Source: Octopus vulgaris
Lineage: Eukaryota
Reading direction: 5' to 3'
NCBI GenBank assembly: GCA_951406725.2
Contig: OX597815.1
Coordinates: forward strand, 150,288,001 to 150,352,000
DNA: 64,000 bases
The notes beneath the pieces are model-generated. The model made no database searches. It had not been told where the DNA came from and saw nothing but the letters and a program-made list of their open reading frames with translations. The position numbers were made by a program, and so were the translations under genes. Shown one piece after another: positions 1-13,628 of this stretch; within the stretch, counting starts at the first letter, position 1, and every line of letters begins with the position of its first letter.

Positions 1-183
1 TCATACAAAAACTGAACCCCAAAGCTTCATCAGAGAGTCACTAAGTCGAACATGGTAAGAAGTAATAAAGTCCAAGGTTATATCCAGTCTTACTAACTCT
101 TGGATGAAGCTTTGGTTTCAATTTCTGTATGACATGTCATCTTTAGCATACTGGACCCCCAAAGTCGAAACAGCTGTAAGAGT
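1..183. ncRNA. Inverted pair of type I hammerhead motifs (PLE pLTR-like remnant)
   Basis: Plus 96-183: ACTCT-tgGATGA-AGCTTTGG...CCAAAGTC-GAAA-CAGCTG-TA-AGAGT (stem I ACTCT/AGAGT, palindromic stem III, damaged core). Bases 1-38 are the reverse complement of the same 5' half with an intact CTGATGA and run off the window. Confidence 0.7.
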
Positions 184-424
184 GGAGTTGTATTTATTTA
201 TTTATTTTTCCTATGATTATAATAAATAAATCTTACTGATGTTTGTCAATTGAATCCCTTCTTTCTTGCCTTATGAATTCTGGATAAACGTTTGTTTCCC
301 TCCACTTACACATATCATTCCATTGCACTATTGCTTTACAATAGTAAGTTTTTGGATGTAAATAGGAATCTCTCCAGTAGTATATTGATATTTATTATCC
401 CTTAGTTGGTTACCTAACCTCTAA

Positions 425-485
<61 letters not shown>

Positions 486-527
486 ATCTGTGTGTGTGTG
501 TGTTTAATTATCTACTAATTTTGCTGT

Positions 528-585
528 ACTTCCACTGATGAAGGCAAAGTATTTTATCACCAGCCTGAAATCCTCGATATGAAGT
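528..585 (+). ncRNA. Type I hammerhead ribozyme
   Basis: ACTTCCA-CTGATGA-AGGC(17 nt)GCCT-GAAA-TCCTCGA-TA-TGAAGT: intact core, 4-bp stem II, short stem III, stem I with one bulge. Confidence 0.75.
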
Positions 586-805
586 TAACCATTCAATTTT
601 TGCTAATTTCTGTGTTCTTTTATATTATCATTCGTGCTATATGAATACATGATGTGGTTCTATAGTCAGTTTTGACTGCAATTTCTGGAATGGTGGCGCT
701 GCTTCGGAACCCTTAATTATAATTATATTTATATTATTATATACCTATAGTAATTATTAAACTACACGGAATTTTCCACTTAATATGGTCGTATTCTAAA
801 CCCTT

Positions 806-864
<59 letters not shown>

Positions 865-1058
865 TGTGTGTATGTATGTATATATATATATGTATATATG
901 AACATGTATCTATATATATATGTATATATGTACATATATATATATATATATGTATATATATGTGTGTGTGTATATATATATATATGTATGTATATATATA
1001 TATATATGTATGTACTATGAATGTTTGCATATATATGCCATTACATTCATCTCTCTAA

Positions 1059-1230
1059 GGCGGTGAGTTGGCAGGAGCGTTGACACTGGACAAGAGGCTT
1101 AGCGGCAATTGCTCTAGTTTTCTGTTCTCAGTTCAAATTCACCCTATATCCCTCTCATCGTCTCGGCATCGATAAAACGAAAACTAGTTTAGCACTGGAT
1201 TCAATGATATTGCAAAGACGTTCGTCCCTC
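1059..1230 (+). mobile_element. Degraded tRNA-derived SINE, family B
   Basis: GGCGGTGAGTTGGCAG...GTTCAAATTC...GATAAA...GCACTGG aligns by eye with the better copy at 32967. Confidence 0.6.
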
Positions 1231-1884
1231 ATACTTCCACGCTTTGAGCTGGCCACCTACAGCTTTTCAAATAGAAATATATTGATTTCTGTCATCGGTA
1301 AATAGGTTCCAATTTGTCGGAATTAGAGATTAAACGATTAAATGATTCCTATTATTTCACTACTACCTCTTTTATTGGAGTTAGAAGTAAAAAAAATTAA
1401 ATAAAATAAAAAGAAGTAGGTTTCGATTTCACGTGCCGTAGTGAAATATTCACAAAGCATTTTGTGCAAAGCATTACGGATTCTAGTAAATCCATTGCTG
1501 TTGCAAATTCCGTTTCTATATTGTTTTTATATTTAGTTATTTAGGTTTTGTTACTCTTATGGTAGCTATGATGAATCATTCATTAATTTTAGTGCTGTTC
1601 TTCAGTCTCAGGTTTTTGTCCAACCACTCGCTGTTGTTTCTTTCTTCCCAAATTGACCTGATTAATTATCAAAGAAGGCTGCCTATCCAGATATCTTTTA
1701 TATAAGAATACATTAAAAAGAGTCAAGCGTTAACTAGTATACTTTCATGATTTTTCTCTCTCTTTTTTCATATTTGTCTATAAGTATACTGCTCGATTTC
1801 CCACATTTTATCCAGTGGCACATCCAGGATGGGGTCTCTGGAGAAGGGGAGAGAAATAGAGAGAGAGAGAGAGGAGGAAGAGAG

Positions 1885-2345
1885 ACATAATTGTACCAGC
1901 ACTCGGGTCGCACCTATTTTTAGCTGAATAAACTGGAGCAACGTAGAGCAAGGTGCTTCAAAGAGAGACACAACACACATTCTGTCCAATAAATTGAACC
2001 GCAATATTATTATCGTCGGCCGAGAGCCGGAATCACTAAGCCATGCACATTCACACGAATACATAAACTAAAATATTTTTCCTATTATTTTTAATAGTCG
2101 AAAACCTATGACTTAGTGGTTTTCATGTTGCACTCAAGATCTAGAGAGCGTAGTTTCATTTCTTGGACCGGATGATGCGTCGTGTTCTTGAGCAAATCAC
2201 CTCTCACATTCCTCTGCAATCATTTCGACACATCACGAATGGTAAACCGTGTAAATCGACTTTTTTCGTTTCCGACAATATCAATTTGATGGAGCGTGGA
2301 GCTAATGTACAACGCAAACATTAGATTACTATAGACATATCATCA
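1885..2345. mobile_element. Two degraded SINE family C-like heads (minus 1885-2050, plus 2105-2345)
   Basis: TGGCTTAGTG/TGACTTAGTGG A-box-like starts and GTGTTCTTGAGCAA or GTTGCTCCAGTT blocks shared with the copy at 62562. Confidence 0.5.
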
Positions 2346-2414
2346 GCTCAGTTTTTACAGCAAGAAATTACAAGTCTGTTTTCCTAAGACTACGAGACAC
2401 TACTACGTATACTC

Positions 2415-2612
2415 TTAGCACGCCGGGCGAAATGCGTAGCCGTATTTCGTCTGGCATTACGTTCTGAGTTCAAATTCCGCCGAGGTCGACTTTACCTTTC
2501 AAGGTCGATAAATTAAGTACCAGTTTCGCACTGGGGTCGATTTAGTCGACTTAATCCGTTTGTCTATCCTTGTTTGTCCCCTGTGTGTTTAGCCCCGTGT
2601 GGGTAGTAAAGA
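2415..2612 (+). mobile_element. SINE family B
   Basis: TTAGCACGCCGGGCGAAATGC...GAGTTCAAATTCCGCCGAGGTCGACTTT...GATAAATTAAGTACCAG, matching 32967 and 56785. Confidence 0.85.
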
Positions 2613-3042
2613 AACAACTACAAAGTATACTTTAAACATATTGATTTTGGGTGATATTTGGCTGCTATTTCTAATAGTTCGAGTGACCATGCAGAACGTC
2701 CGGCGTTGGTTGGCTTCAGCTGTAATTTGCTTTGGAGGTTCAATTATATTGATAAAGATTAATATAACGTTAGTTTGATATTTTATCTTCTTAAAAATAA
2801 ACTCGGAAGAAAAAAAATGAAATTAGATTTTTAACATCTGCAAAACACAAATTACGTGTTTATTTACACACATAAACATAAACACACACAAGACCCATAC
2901 CACCGAACACACATGATTTTAATCAAGCATTCGCAAAATGCATTATACACCAATATACATGTCTAAGAATGCATACACACACACATATGGGTGTATGTAA
3001 ACTATATCTATTTACATATTTATATCTAATTAGATATATGTG

Positions 3043-3169
<127 letters not shown>

Positions 3170-3306
3170 GCGTACATATATATATATATATTGTGTGTGT
3201 ATATTGATTGTGTATGCATATACATATATATATATATGTGTGTGTGTGTATGTGTATGTATATTGTGTGTGTACATTTATTGTGTATACATATATATATA
3301 TATATG

Positions 3307-3337
<31 letters not shown>

Positions 3338-4104
3338 ATATATATGTATGTATGTATGTATGAATAGATGGATGCATGGATGTATGTATGGATAGAGAGA
3401 GAGAGATGTGTGTGTATATGAATATATATATATATATATATATATATAAACACACACCCACACACACAGATGTATAAATCATATGTGTTTAGGTGTAGTG
3501 TTAATGTACATGGAACGTAAGAGACATGGACGAAAGAAGGAAAGAAAGAAAAAAAGAAAGAAAGAAAGAAAGAAAGAAAGAAATACATTAATTATTAGAA
3601 TAAAGTCTATAGAAAAATAAAAAAAAAATAAGTGAAACAAATATACAAACAGATTGTTACTTTCCGGTAAATTTTGCGTTAAAAGAAGAATTTAATATTT
3701 CATTGAGACCCGAGTTGCGTGTCAGTATGAACCCCGGTAATTATGTAACGTAATTAACGTGAAAGAAAAACTGCGTATCACGCCAGTTATCCTCCATCAT
3801 AATTTGGCACCTTACACGTAAACAAGTCGAAATAATATCTTCCTGCCTCCAGCTACGAAATCTCCCCATCCTGGTAATCACAATGGAGATGTTTTTGCCA
3901 ATTATATTAAGCTAGTATATGGAAAGTAACGAAGATAAAGTTGAAGACACGGTGAAGATATGGTGAAGAATATGAAGAACTGAAGAACTAAAGAACTGAA
4001 GGACGGAAAAATTGAAAGTATTAAATTTGTTAAATTAGAAAATGTGCAAAGAAGAAATCATTTGGTAAATAAAAGTGAAACTGTTTGCAAGAGGCGCCAC
4101 CAGA

Positions 4105-5400
4105 GATGGTAATGATGGTAATGATAATGGTTATGGTGATGGTGATGGTTGTGAGTGGTGACGGTGATGGTGATGGTTGTGAGTGGTGACGGTGATGGTG
4201 ATGATTGTGAGTGGTGACGGTGATTGTGATGGTTGTGAGTAGTGATGGTGATGGTGATTGTTGTGAGTGATAATAGTGATGGTGATGATGGTTATGGTGA
4301 GGGTTGTGTGGTGTTGCCGATTGTTATGAGTGGTGATGGTGATTGTTGTGAGTGGTGGTGGTTAGGGTGATAGTGATGGTTGTGAGTGATTATGGTGATG
4401 GTTTTCAGTGGTGATAGTTGTGAGTGATGATAGTCATGGTGCTGGTTGTAGTGATGGTGATGGTTGTGAGTGATGATGGTGATGGTGTGAGTGATGATGG
4501 TGATGGTGATGGTTGTGTAGTGATGGTGATGGTTGTGGTTGTGAGTGATGATGGTGATGGTCGAGAGTGGTGATGATGGTGTGATGGTTGCTAGTGGTGA
4601 CAGTAATGCTTGTGAGTGGCTATGGTGATGTATCGGAGTAATGATGATGATGATGGTGATTGTTGTAAGTCGTAATGCTGACGGTTGTGAGTGGTGATGG
4701 TGATGGTGGCAAGTGGTGGTTGTGATGGTGATGGTTAGAGAGGTTATTACGACAGTGGCTGAGCTCTTGTGTCGATGCAGAAAGGGACGAGAATGATAGT
4801 GGTAGCGGTGGTGTTGCCTGTATTTGTGAAGGTGACGGTGTCGGTGGCAGAGATGTTGAAGACGGTGTTTGTTGTTGTTGTTATTGTGGTGATGGGAAAA
4901 ACCATTAGTGATGGAGAGGGAAGATGAGCCAAGGAAGGAGAGATGGAAGGAAGGATGGAAGGAAGGAAGGAATCTTGGTAGAGCAAAAGATAGCGATGAC
5001 GTTGGTGGTGGCGGTGGTCTCGTCATCGTTGTCGTCATGGGGATGGTAGTGGTGTGATATGAGTGGTAATAGTGAGGATGGTGTAGACAGTGATGATTGG
5101 GAGGTGATAGGGAGTTGTTGTTGTTGATAATGATTGTGTTGGAGGTAGTTTCTGTAATGGAGTTTCAGGGGTGATGGTCGTGGTAGAAATGGTCAAAATG
5201 ACAGCCGTAGTAGTGGTGATGTTGGTTAGGTGGTGATAGCGGTGGTCATAATGGTGATGGTGATGGTCGTGTTCGTTATGGTGTTGAAGCTGCTGAGAGA
5301 ATTAATAGAGTTAGCGGAAGTGATGGAGGTTGCAGTCGTTGTGATGTGATAGTGATAACGCTGATTGATGTAGCTCTGGAGTCGTTTCTGTAGTCTTTAA
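4105..5400. repeat. Degenerate GGT/GAT/GTG low-complexity tract with a 27-bp minisatellite at its start
   Basis: Repeats of GGTGATGGTGATGGTTGTGAGTGGTGAC-like units decaying into triplet repeats. Confidence 0.85.
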
Positions 5401-5874
5401 TGACCACCTCCTACTAAAATATGATTAAGATTCCTATTCTTACACTGTTCCCTACCACTGCTTATATGTATCAAGTCTTTTCGGAGGACCCACTCTTTTT
5501 CAGTGCTTCATTATAATAACCAGCAGCTTCCCACAAAACAACTTCATCGGAAGATGCCCTGTATATCTGCTTAGTAACGTTGCTGACCAAGATCTTCAAG
5601 GTTGGTGATTTGATTTTCTATTTGCGAACAGAAACACCTCACTGCTTTTGTGGCGTCATCTGAAATTATCGTTATTTTTTCTCAACGCCCTTTGTAGAAA
5701 ATTAACGGCGATTAAGCTTATTATTTACAGTAATACTAAAACTATTTCCTGAAAATTCCTTAAACAATTATTTACCAATATCATGGGTCTTATATATTTA
5801 TAACTGCGTGTATGTGTGTGAGTGTGAATGCGCGATCATCTATCATTTATATATATCAATATTAGAGCTTCAAA

Positions 5875-6030
5875 AATGCAGTGTGCTGAGATGAAATTCC
5901 GCCGAGGTCGACATTGCTTTTCATCCATTCCGGGTCAATAAAATAAGCGTCAGTTGAGCACTGGGGTCGATTTAATAGAGATATCCCCTCCGTTGAAATT
6001 GCTAGCCTTGTGTCAAAATTTGAAAACAAT
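5875..6030 (+). mobile_element. SINE family B fragment
   Basis: AAATTCCGCCGAGGTCGAC...CTTTTCATCC...GCACTGGGGTCGA. Confidence 0.75.
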
Positions 6031-6299
6031 ATTAAAGCGGCATCGAATATAGAAGTATATGTTAATAGTTTAAACATGATACGAAATAGAATTTGTTCGG
6101 TAGAGTATAGGTATATGATATATTCAGTATATTAAACGTGGTCAGTTTTCTTTGAGTTTCGAGTTTAATTGGGTTGCGAGACACTCGTGAATAAAGCAGA
6201 CAGCGATAAAAATTAAAGTAAACAGTCAAATTTTGATTTTTATATATTCGTACATAAAGTTACATATATGTGTGTTGGTATGTATATATACATATTTAA

Positions 6300-6515
6300 T
6301 GTAACCACATGTGGATCGTTGGCGATTTTTTTCCTCCATCTTCGTTTTCTATTGGACTTTCCTCTGTTTCCTGTTTCGGAAGAAGAGCTTTGCTCGAAAC
6401 ATAAAACTACTTTTCTTTCCTTCCCTGAGCGTCTATTGATACTTTGCATGTACCACGACCTTGCGTCATTTTTTTTTCTTTGCGCTTTTTCGTCCTTTTC
6501 TTTGATTATTTATAA
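6300..6515 (+). mobile_element. PLE pLTR-like remnant with degenerate minimal hammerhead (6373-6407)
   Basis: GTTT-CgGAAGA-AGAGCTTTGCTC-GAAAC-ATA-AAAC; downstream CTGAGCG...TACCAC...TGCGTC resembles the 3' end of the PLE at 11780-11965. Confidence 0.6.
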
Positions 6516-6519
6516 ATAA

Positions 6520-7611
<1,092 letters not shown>

Positions 7612-8278
7612 GAGAGAGAGAGAGAGAGAGAGAGATGTACTTGCATCCAGGCGTGTGCTGGAGCCAAAACAATTGCAGCGTGGAAGGTGTTTATAAGCCA
7701 TTTAAGAAACCGTTAGATTCACTTCAACACTTAAATTTAATTTAAATAATGCTTGGTGAGGAGGGTGTTTATTGGACACCTGCGGGATGAAAAACAAAAC
7801 CCGTCAAAGGGCGGAGAAATTCTCGAGAGTCAACGGCCTTCCAATAAATGTCTTAGGGCTGTATCATGCGAGGACCTAGAAATACCTGGCAGGGTGCCCA
7901 GGCGCACGGAAAGCCTACCAGGGTGGATCACACCCTTTAGTGTTGATTCTCACAACTGATCTAGGAGACGGAACACTCTTACAAGAAAATCCTGCGATCG
8001 TTTTATCATCTGACGTGTGGCACACCGTGCACCTGTACAGACCATATTAATTCGATGGAGAGAGTGTGCTTTGTTCAGCACAAGCAATGACCACTTTAAA
8101 CAAGTCAAAGTGCTGGTTGTTCAGTAAACCGTTTTCACTCAATAACACGTGAGGTTTGGCGCATCGATGTGTGCTTCTTCTTTTTTTTTTTAAGATACAC
8201 ATACGATGTCACAGGGCTTAGGAATTGTTGCAGGTTATTTACTGAACCCTCATTCATCGTCTTCGGTGAGAGAATTTA

Positions 8279-8350
<72 letters not shown>

Positions 8351-8589
8351 CAAAATAAAGATTCAGATAGATTTGAGCACCAGGTAGCCTCGACAGATTT
8401 CATCCACGTCCCTGCTGCTTTCTTGAGATATCCTTTTGTTTGGAGATTTACGTTTCATCTGATAATTGAGGTTGTTTTGTTAAGGAGTAATGTTCTCATT
8501 CTTATATTAAAGAATGTTTAAGAAACAGTTGTAATGAGCTGGCAATTATCCATCGTCTGTTATTATTTATTTGATTTTATCATTTTTTC

Positions 8590-8800
8590 TAACCTTTTTT
8601 CTCTCCTCTTTTTCTCTCCTTTTCAATCTCCTTATTTTCTCTCCTTGTTTTTTTTTTCTGTGTACCTTTCTGTAGAAGGGCGTAGGCTCGAAACGTAAAA
8701 GACTTTTTCTATTCCTGAGCGCTATACTAATACATCTGTTTGTTTGTACACCACCTGCCTTCGTCTTTTGTTTATTTTCGTAAAATTTCCCTTTATATAT
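8590..8800 (+). mobile_element. Solo pLTR copy of the local PLE family with minimal hammerhead (8666-8701)
   Basis: CTTT-CTGTAGA-AGGGCGTAGGCTC-GAAACGTA-AAAG and the downstream sequence match 11839-11965; ends in (TA)n. Confidence 0.8.
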
Positions 8801-9042
8801 ATATATATATATATGTCTTAAACTTTGTAAGCGATCACCGTGTAATGACTAAGGAAAATAGTCTAATATTAGGGCATATAATACCGCGATGGAAAAAAGT
8901 AAGGTTTCCGTACGCATGGAATTTGAACTCTTCGAGTCCCATCCGTATAAGTTTTAAGCTTATAAAATATTATTATTATCATTTACAGAACAGTAAAAAG
9001 GGAAACTGCTTACCACAACCATCGCATATATACATATATAAT

Positions 9043-9135
<93 letters not shown>

Positions 9136-9164
9136 ATTCAAACAAGAAATATATATATATATGT

Positions 9165-9203
<39 letters not shown>

Positions 9204-9221
9204 TATATATATATATATATA

Positions 9222-9420
9222 GGGGGAGAATTCACGAAAAAAAACCCAGATATATTAGTTTAACGCTCTGGAAGTGAAAAAGTCTCTCACGAGCCTACGC
9301 TCTTCCACTGAAAGAACACAGAAAGAAACAAGGAGAGAAATAAATTGTGCGGAGTGGCTACCGATTTATCATGGTGACTGTCGGACGGTAGGGTCACCCA
9401 GGAGGGCGAAGAATTAGGGG
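9222..9420 (-). mobile_element. Inverted pLTR copy of the local PLE family
   Basis: Reverse complement aligns with 11750-11965 (CTCCTGgGTGACC...TAGCCACT...GGAAGAGCGTAGGCTC...GTGAATTCTCC). Confidence 0.8.
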
Positions 9421-9424
9421 ATAT

Positions 9425-9472
<48 letters not shown>

Positions 9473-9473
9473 T

Positions 9474-9517
<44 letters not shown>

Positions 9518-9530
9518 GACAGAGACAGAG

Positions 9531-9909
9531 AGATTGCATTATTACACATAAATGCCACACGCTAGCAGTGACTTTTAAAGTCAAAACTACTAAAATAAAT
9601 AAACGTATCGTACCGAATGCAATTGTCGAATTAAGTCATTTAAAAACAGAATTCAGCTGCAGATCACCTGTGATTTCGTAATCAATGCAGTGGTGTGCAC
9701 TCGGTACGATATGCTTATTTATTTTAGTAGTTTTGACTACTAAAATACCACTGCACTAATTACGAAATCCCAGGTGATATGCAGCTGAATTCTGTTTTTA
9801 AATGACTTTCTTCGACAGTTGGTTTCGGTTCGATGTGTTTATCTATTTTTGTAGTTTTGACTTTAAAATCCCTCCTAGCCTGTGGCATTTATGTGTAATA
9901 ATGCCCTCT
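9531..9909. mobile_element. Foldback MITE with about 155-bp inverted arms
   Basis: 9537-9694 (GCATTATTACACATAAATGCCAC...GCAGTGGT) is an imperfect reverse complement of 9747-9904. Confidence 0.85.
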
Positions 9910-10084
9910 ATACAGTATAAATAAATATATTTAAGTGAAAAAATTGATGGATTTTTTTCTCTTATGAGGTTTTTCACGCTAACTACTTGATAAATTCTTA
10001 TGAAGATTTTATCCTACTTTTAAATTATATATATATATATATATATGCATGCACATATGCCATGGTCTGTGGTAAGCAGTTTCG

Positions 10085-11965
10085 ATCGGTGCAGCCTCAC
10101 GCTCCGCGTACATCTAGACTCATTCCTCACTTTTGTCCAATCTTTCCATCCTGCTCGCTACTTCTCCTGCACTATCTCCGACACCTCCGTCTCCTTTCTT
10201 GATATTTCAGTCAGTATTCATCACACTATTCTTACCACCTTCATCCACTACAAATACATAAACTCACACTCATACCTCAACTTCTCCTCCTCCCACCCTA
10301 AACACATCAAGCTTTCCATCCCCTATTCCCAGTTCCTCCGACTTCGCAGGCTCTGTAGTGACGATCATGACTTTGAGACTCAGTCTCAACTCATGGTTCG
10401 CCACTTCACCCTACGTGGATATCCCCTCATCACTATCCACGCCGCCCTTGCCAGAGCACGTTCCGTGGACCGTACATCTGCTCTCTTCCCCCGAACCCGC
10501 CCTGCAGTCTCTCGCCTCCTTTTTCCTCTCACCTACCACCCCACCACCCTCTCTATCCAACGCACCATTCTCGAGCTTTCCGGTATCCCCAGTCCGACCC
10601 CTCCACTTCACACATCTTCCCTAACCGACCCCTCCTTTCCTTCAAACGAGCCCACAACCTACGAGACCTCTTGGTCCAAAGCTTCTTCCCCAACCCAACC
10701 TCCCAAACTGGATCGTACCCCTGCCCCCGCCCATGCTGCAGTACTTGCTCTTACCTCTCCAACACCACCCTTCTCACCGGCACCTATCATCGACCCTATC
10801 ACATCACCGACTCCTTCAATATCATCTATTGCATCTCCTGCTCTCTCTGCCATTCTCTGTCCATCGGACAAAGGGGACGCCGCTTGGCTGACCGGTTCGC
10901 GGAACACCTCTGAGACATCGGTCAATGACACCACGGTCTCACGCCATTTCTGCTCTACCAATCACTCTTTGCAAAACCTGTTCGTGTTCAGATTGTCCTT
11001 CCACAGAGGCCATCCGTACTCCCGTTTGCGCCGTGAACAGGGATTAATCTTCTCTCTTCGCTCCTTTGAGCCACATGGGCTCAACTCTCCTCTCCTCTTC
11101 ATCTGACCTCCTCACCTTGCCTCTATCCCATCCCTCCTACTTCCTCCCACCCCCTCTCCTCTCTTGCTCCGACTCTCTTCACCTCTATTCTCTTTCTCTT
11201 CTCTACTCTCTTTCTCACCCCTACTCTCATCGCCCCTACTTCTCTTCACCCATACACTCTTTCTCTCCTCTCTCTTCTCTTACTCTCTTTCTCTCTTCTC
11301 TGATACCCTCTTTCTCTCATAAGCCCACCCACCCCTGCACATTCCTACTCACCTTCCCATCTCATCCCTTACACCTTCTCACCTATACCCCACTTCTAAC
11401 CCTACCCTCTGCCTACCTACATACCCCACATGTACCCTCACCATCAGCCTAACCACATACCCCACCTCTACCCCCACCCTCAGCCTCACCCCACACGTAC
11501 TTTCCCCACTCTCGCCTCCCCCACCTCCCAACACCATCACACCATACAACACATCACATCACCACACACCACCACGCACACACCAGCACTGACCAACTCC
11601 CATCCCAACATTTTCTCACCGACACATACACACACGGACAGGTCAAGATCACCAGCCCTCTTTCACACGCACATACGTACTCTCTTACACACACGAGCAC
11701 CTTCGTTTTCGGATCACTACTACTTTGTTATCTCGCCTACTACTTAGCTCTCCTGTGTGACCATTCTCTGCAGCTTTCATCATGATGGATCCTTAGCCAC
11801 TACACAATTTTTTTCTCTCCTTGTTTCTGTCTGTGTTCCTTTCTGTGGAAGAGCGTAGGCTCGAAACGTTAAAGACTTTTTCAATTACCGAGCGTTATAC
11901 TAATGTATCTGTTTGTTTTCTACACCACCTGTCTTCGTCTTTTGTTTTTGTTTGTGAATTCTCCT
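10085..11965 (+). mobile_element. Penelope-like retroelement (Neptune-type), 5'-truncated: RT thumb, Cys linker, GIY-YIG, pyrimidine-rich 3' region, pLTR
   Basis: VSFLDISV...HYK..NSHSYLNFSSSHPKHIKLSIPYSQFLRLRRLCS...RGYP (PLE RT C-terminus); in a shifted frame CPRPCCSTC and NIIYCISCSLC..SIGQRGRRLADRFAEHL; then VSRHF...RREQGLIFSL...PHGLN; a hammerhead follows at 11839 and the element ends in (TA)n. Confidence 0.92.
11839..11874 (+). ncRNA. Minimal type I hammerhead in the PLE pLTR (variant core)
   Basis: CTTT-CTGTGGA-AGAGCGTAGGCTC-GAAA-CG-TT-AAAG. Confidence 0.65.
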
Positions 11966-12031
11966 TATATATATATATATATATATATAATGATAAATCT
12001 CAGAGCGAGTTATAAACAGTAGCGGTAACAC

Positions 12032-12207
12032 AACGTGACGCATATATGCCATTTGAATATGGCTAACCCAAAAGAGTGGATGCTACTGTAGTTTGTAGCC
12101 CCAGGAAGACAAACCAGCGGGAGGAGGTGTCTTCCTGGGGCTACAAACTACAGTAGCATCCACCCTTTTGGGTTAGCCATATTCAAATGGCATATATGCA
12201 TCACGTT
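12032..12207. repeat. Near-perfect 80-bp-arm inverted repeat with 16-nt spacer
   Basis: 12032-12111 versus 12128-12207, about 2 mismatches by eye. Confidence 0.92.
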
Positions 12208-12221
12208 ATATATATATAAAA

Positions 12222-12259
12222 CTGTCTGATGAACGGCAACGAGAAACTCAGAGTAACAG
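12222..12259 (+). ncRNA. Minimal type I hammerhead
   Basis: CTGT-CTGATGA-ACGGCAACGA-GAAA-CTCAGAG-TA-ACAG (weak stem II), followed by AATAAA and (TA)n. Confidence 0.7.
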
Positions 12260-12308
12260 ATTTTGTTGAATTTTCTACTGCTTTAAATAAAGTATATATA
12301 TATATATG

Positions 12309-12340
<32 letters not shown>

Positions 12341-12913
12341 GTGTGTATATATATGTATACATATGTATATGTATATATGAACACACATGCATGCAATAAT
12401 TCTGTTCCTCACAATGTGAACACCATGAAGAAGTATGCTCCTTTTGTTTTGCGTTAATCCTACCTTTGACCCTGTTTATCTTCAAATAAACGCTTCCACT
12501 TTATTTCTTTGCAACACATTTCAGCGTACTTATAGCGCGTGTGGCGAAGTGATTTACACAAGATCTTCATCGTTTATGGCTTTGTGTGTGTGTGTGTGTG
12601 TGTGTATGTGTCTGTGTGATTATGAATCGGTGTTTCGTACTTCTTACTGAAATAAAGTCATTCAAAGTTATATATGAGCCAATGGGGAGCTGCTGCACTT
12701 TCACGTGACCTGTTACAAATAGTAACCAGATCTCTTTCGAATCTTATTCTGCCGATGTTTTGCATGGCTGTATGTACACGTGTGCTTGTAATTGTGTTTG
12801 TGTAGGTCAGCGTTTTCCTTTGTGCTTGAATGCGCATATATTCGCATCTTCATAGGTGTGTGAGTTCTTTGTTTCTTTGAATGTGTTTGTAGCTGTACCT
12901 TTGTCATATATTC

Positions 12914-13628
12914 GTGTGCATGCGTGTCTGTCTGTGTGTGCGTGCGTGTGTTTATGCGTGCGTATGTGTATGTGTGTGCCTGTGTTTATGTGTGAGCACG
13001 TGTGCGTGTAATTGCGTGTACATGAGTGTGTGTGTGCGTGCGTGCATGAGTTTGCGTGTGTATATGTATGCGTGCGAGTGTGTATGTGAGTGCGTGTGTG
13101 TTTACGTGTGCGCGCGTGTGTGTGTATGTCTGTGCGTGAGCGTGTGTTCGCGGGTGTGCATGAGTGAGTGTTTGAGTGCGTGTGTACGTGAATATGTTTG
13201 CTCGTGCGTGCGTGTGTGTATTCGTGTTTGCATGCGCGTGTGTATGTATGTGTGCTTGTGCGTGTGTGTATTTATGTGCGTGTATGCGTGTTTGTGCGTG
13301 TGTGTATTTATGTGCGTGTATGCGTGTTTGCGTGTGTGTGTGTGTGTTTGTGCATGTGTGTATGTATGCGCGTGTGTGTCCATGTGTGTATGCGTGTGTG
13401 TATGCATGCGTCTGTGCATGTGTGAGTGCGTGTGTGCATGTGCGTGAGTGTGTACATGAGTGTGCGTGTGTGTGTGTATGTGCGCGTGTTTGTATGTGTG
13501 TGCGTGTGCGTGTGTATGTGTATGTGCTTGTGCGTGCGCGTAATACACGTGTTTGTGTATGTATGTATGTGCTAGTGCGTGTGTTTGCGTGTGCGTGTGT
13601 GTGTGCGTCAGTGTGTGTGCGCGTGTTA
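12914..13628. repeat. Degenerate (GT/GC/AT)n alternating purine-pyrimidine tract
   Basis: About 700 bp of interrupted TG/CG dinucleotides; a similar tract lies at 31710-32190. Confidence 0.9.

Noticed and set aside
4292-5038. 248-aa His/Thr-rich ORF
   Set aside because: Arises from the GGT/GAT low-complexity tract; no domain or splice evidence.
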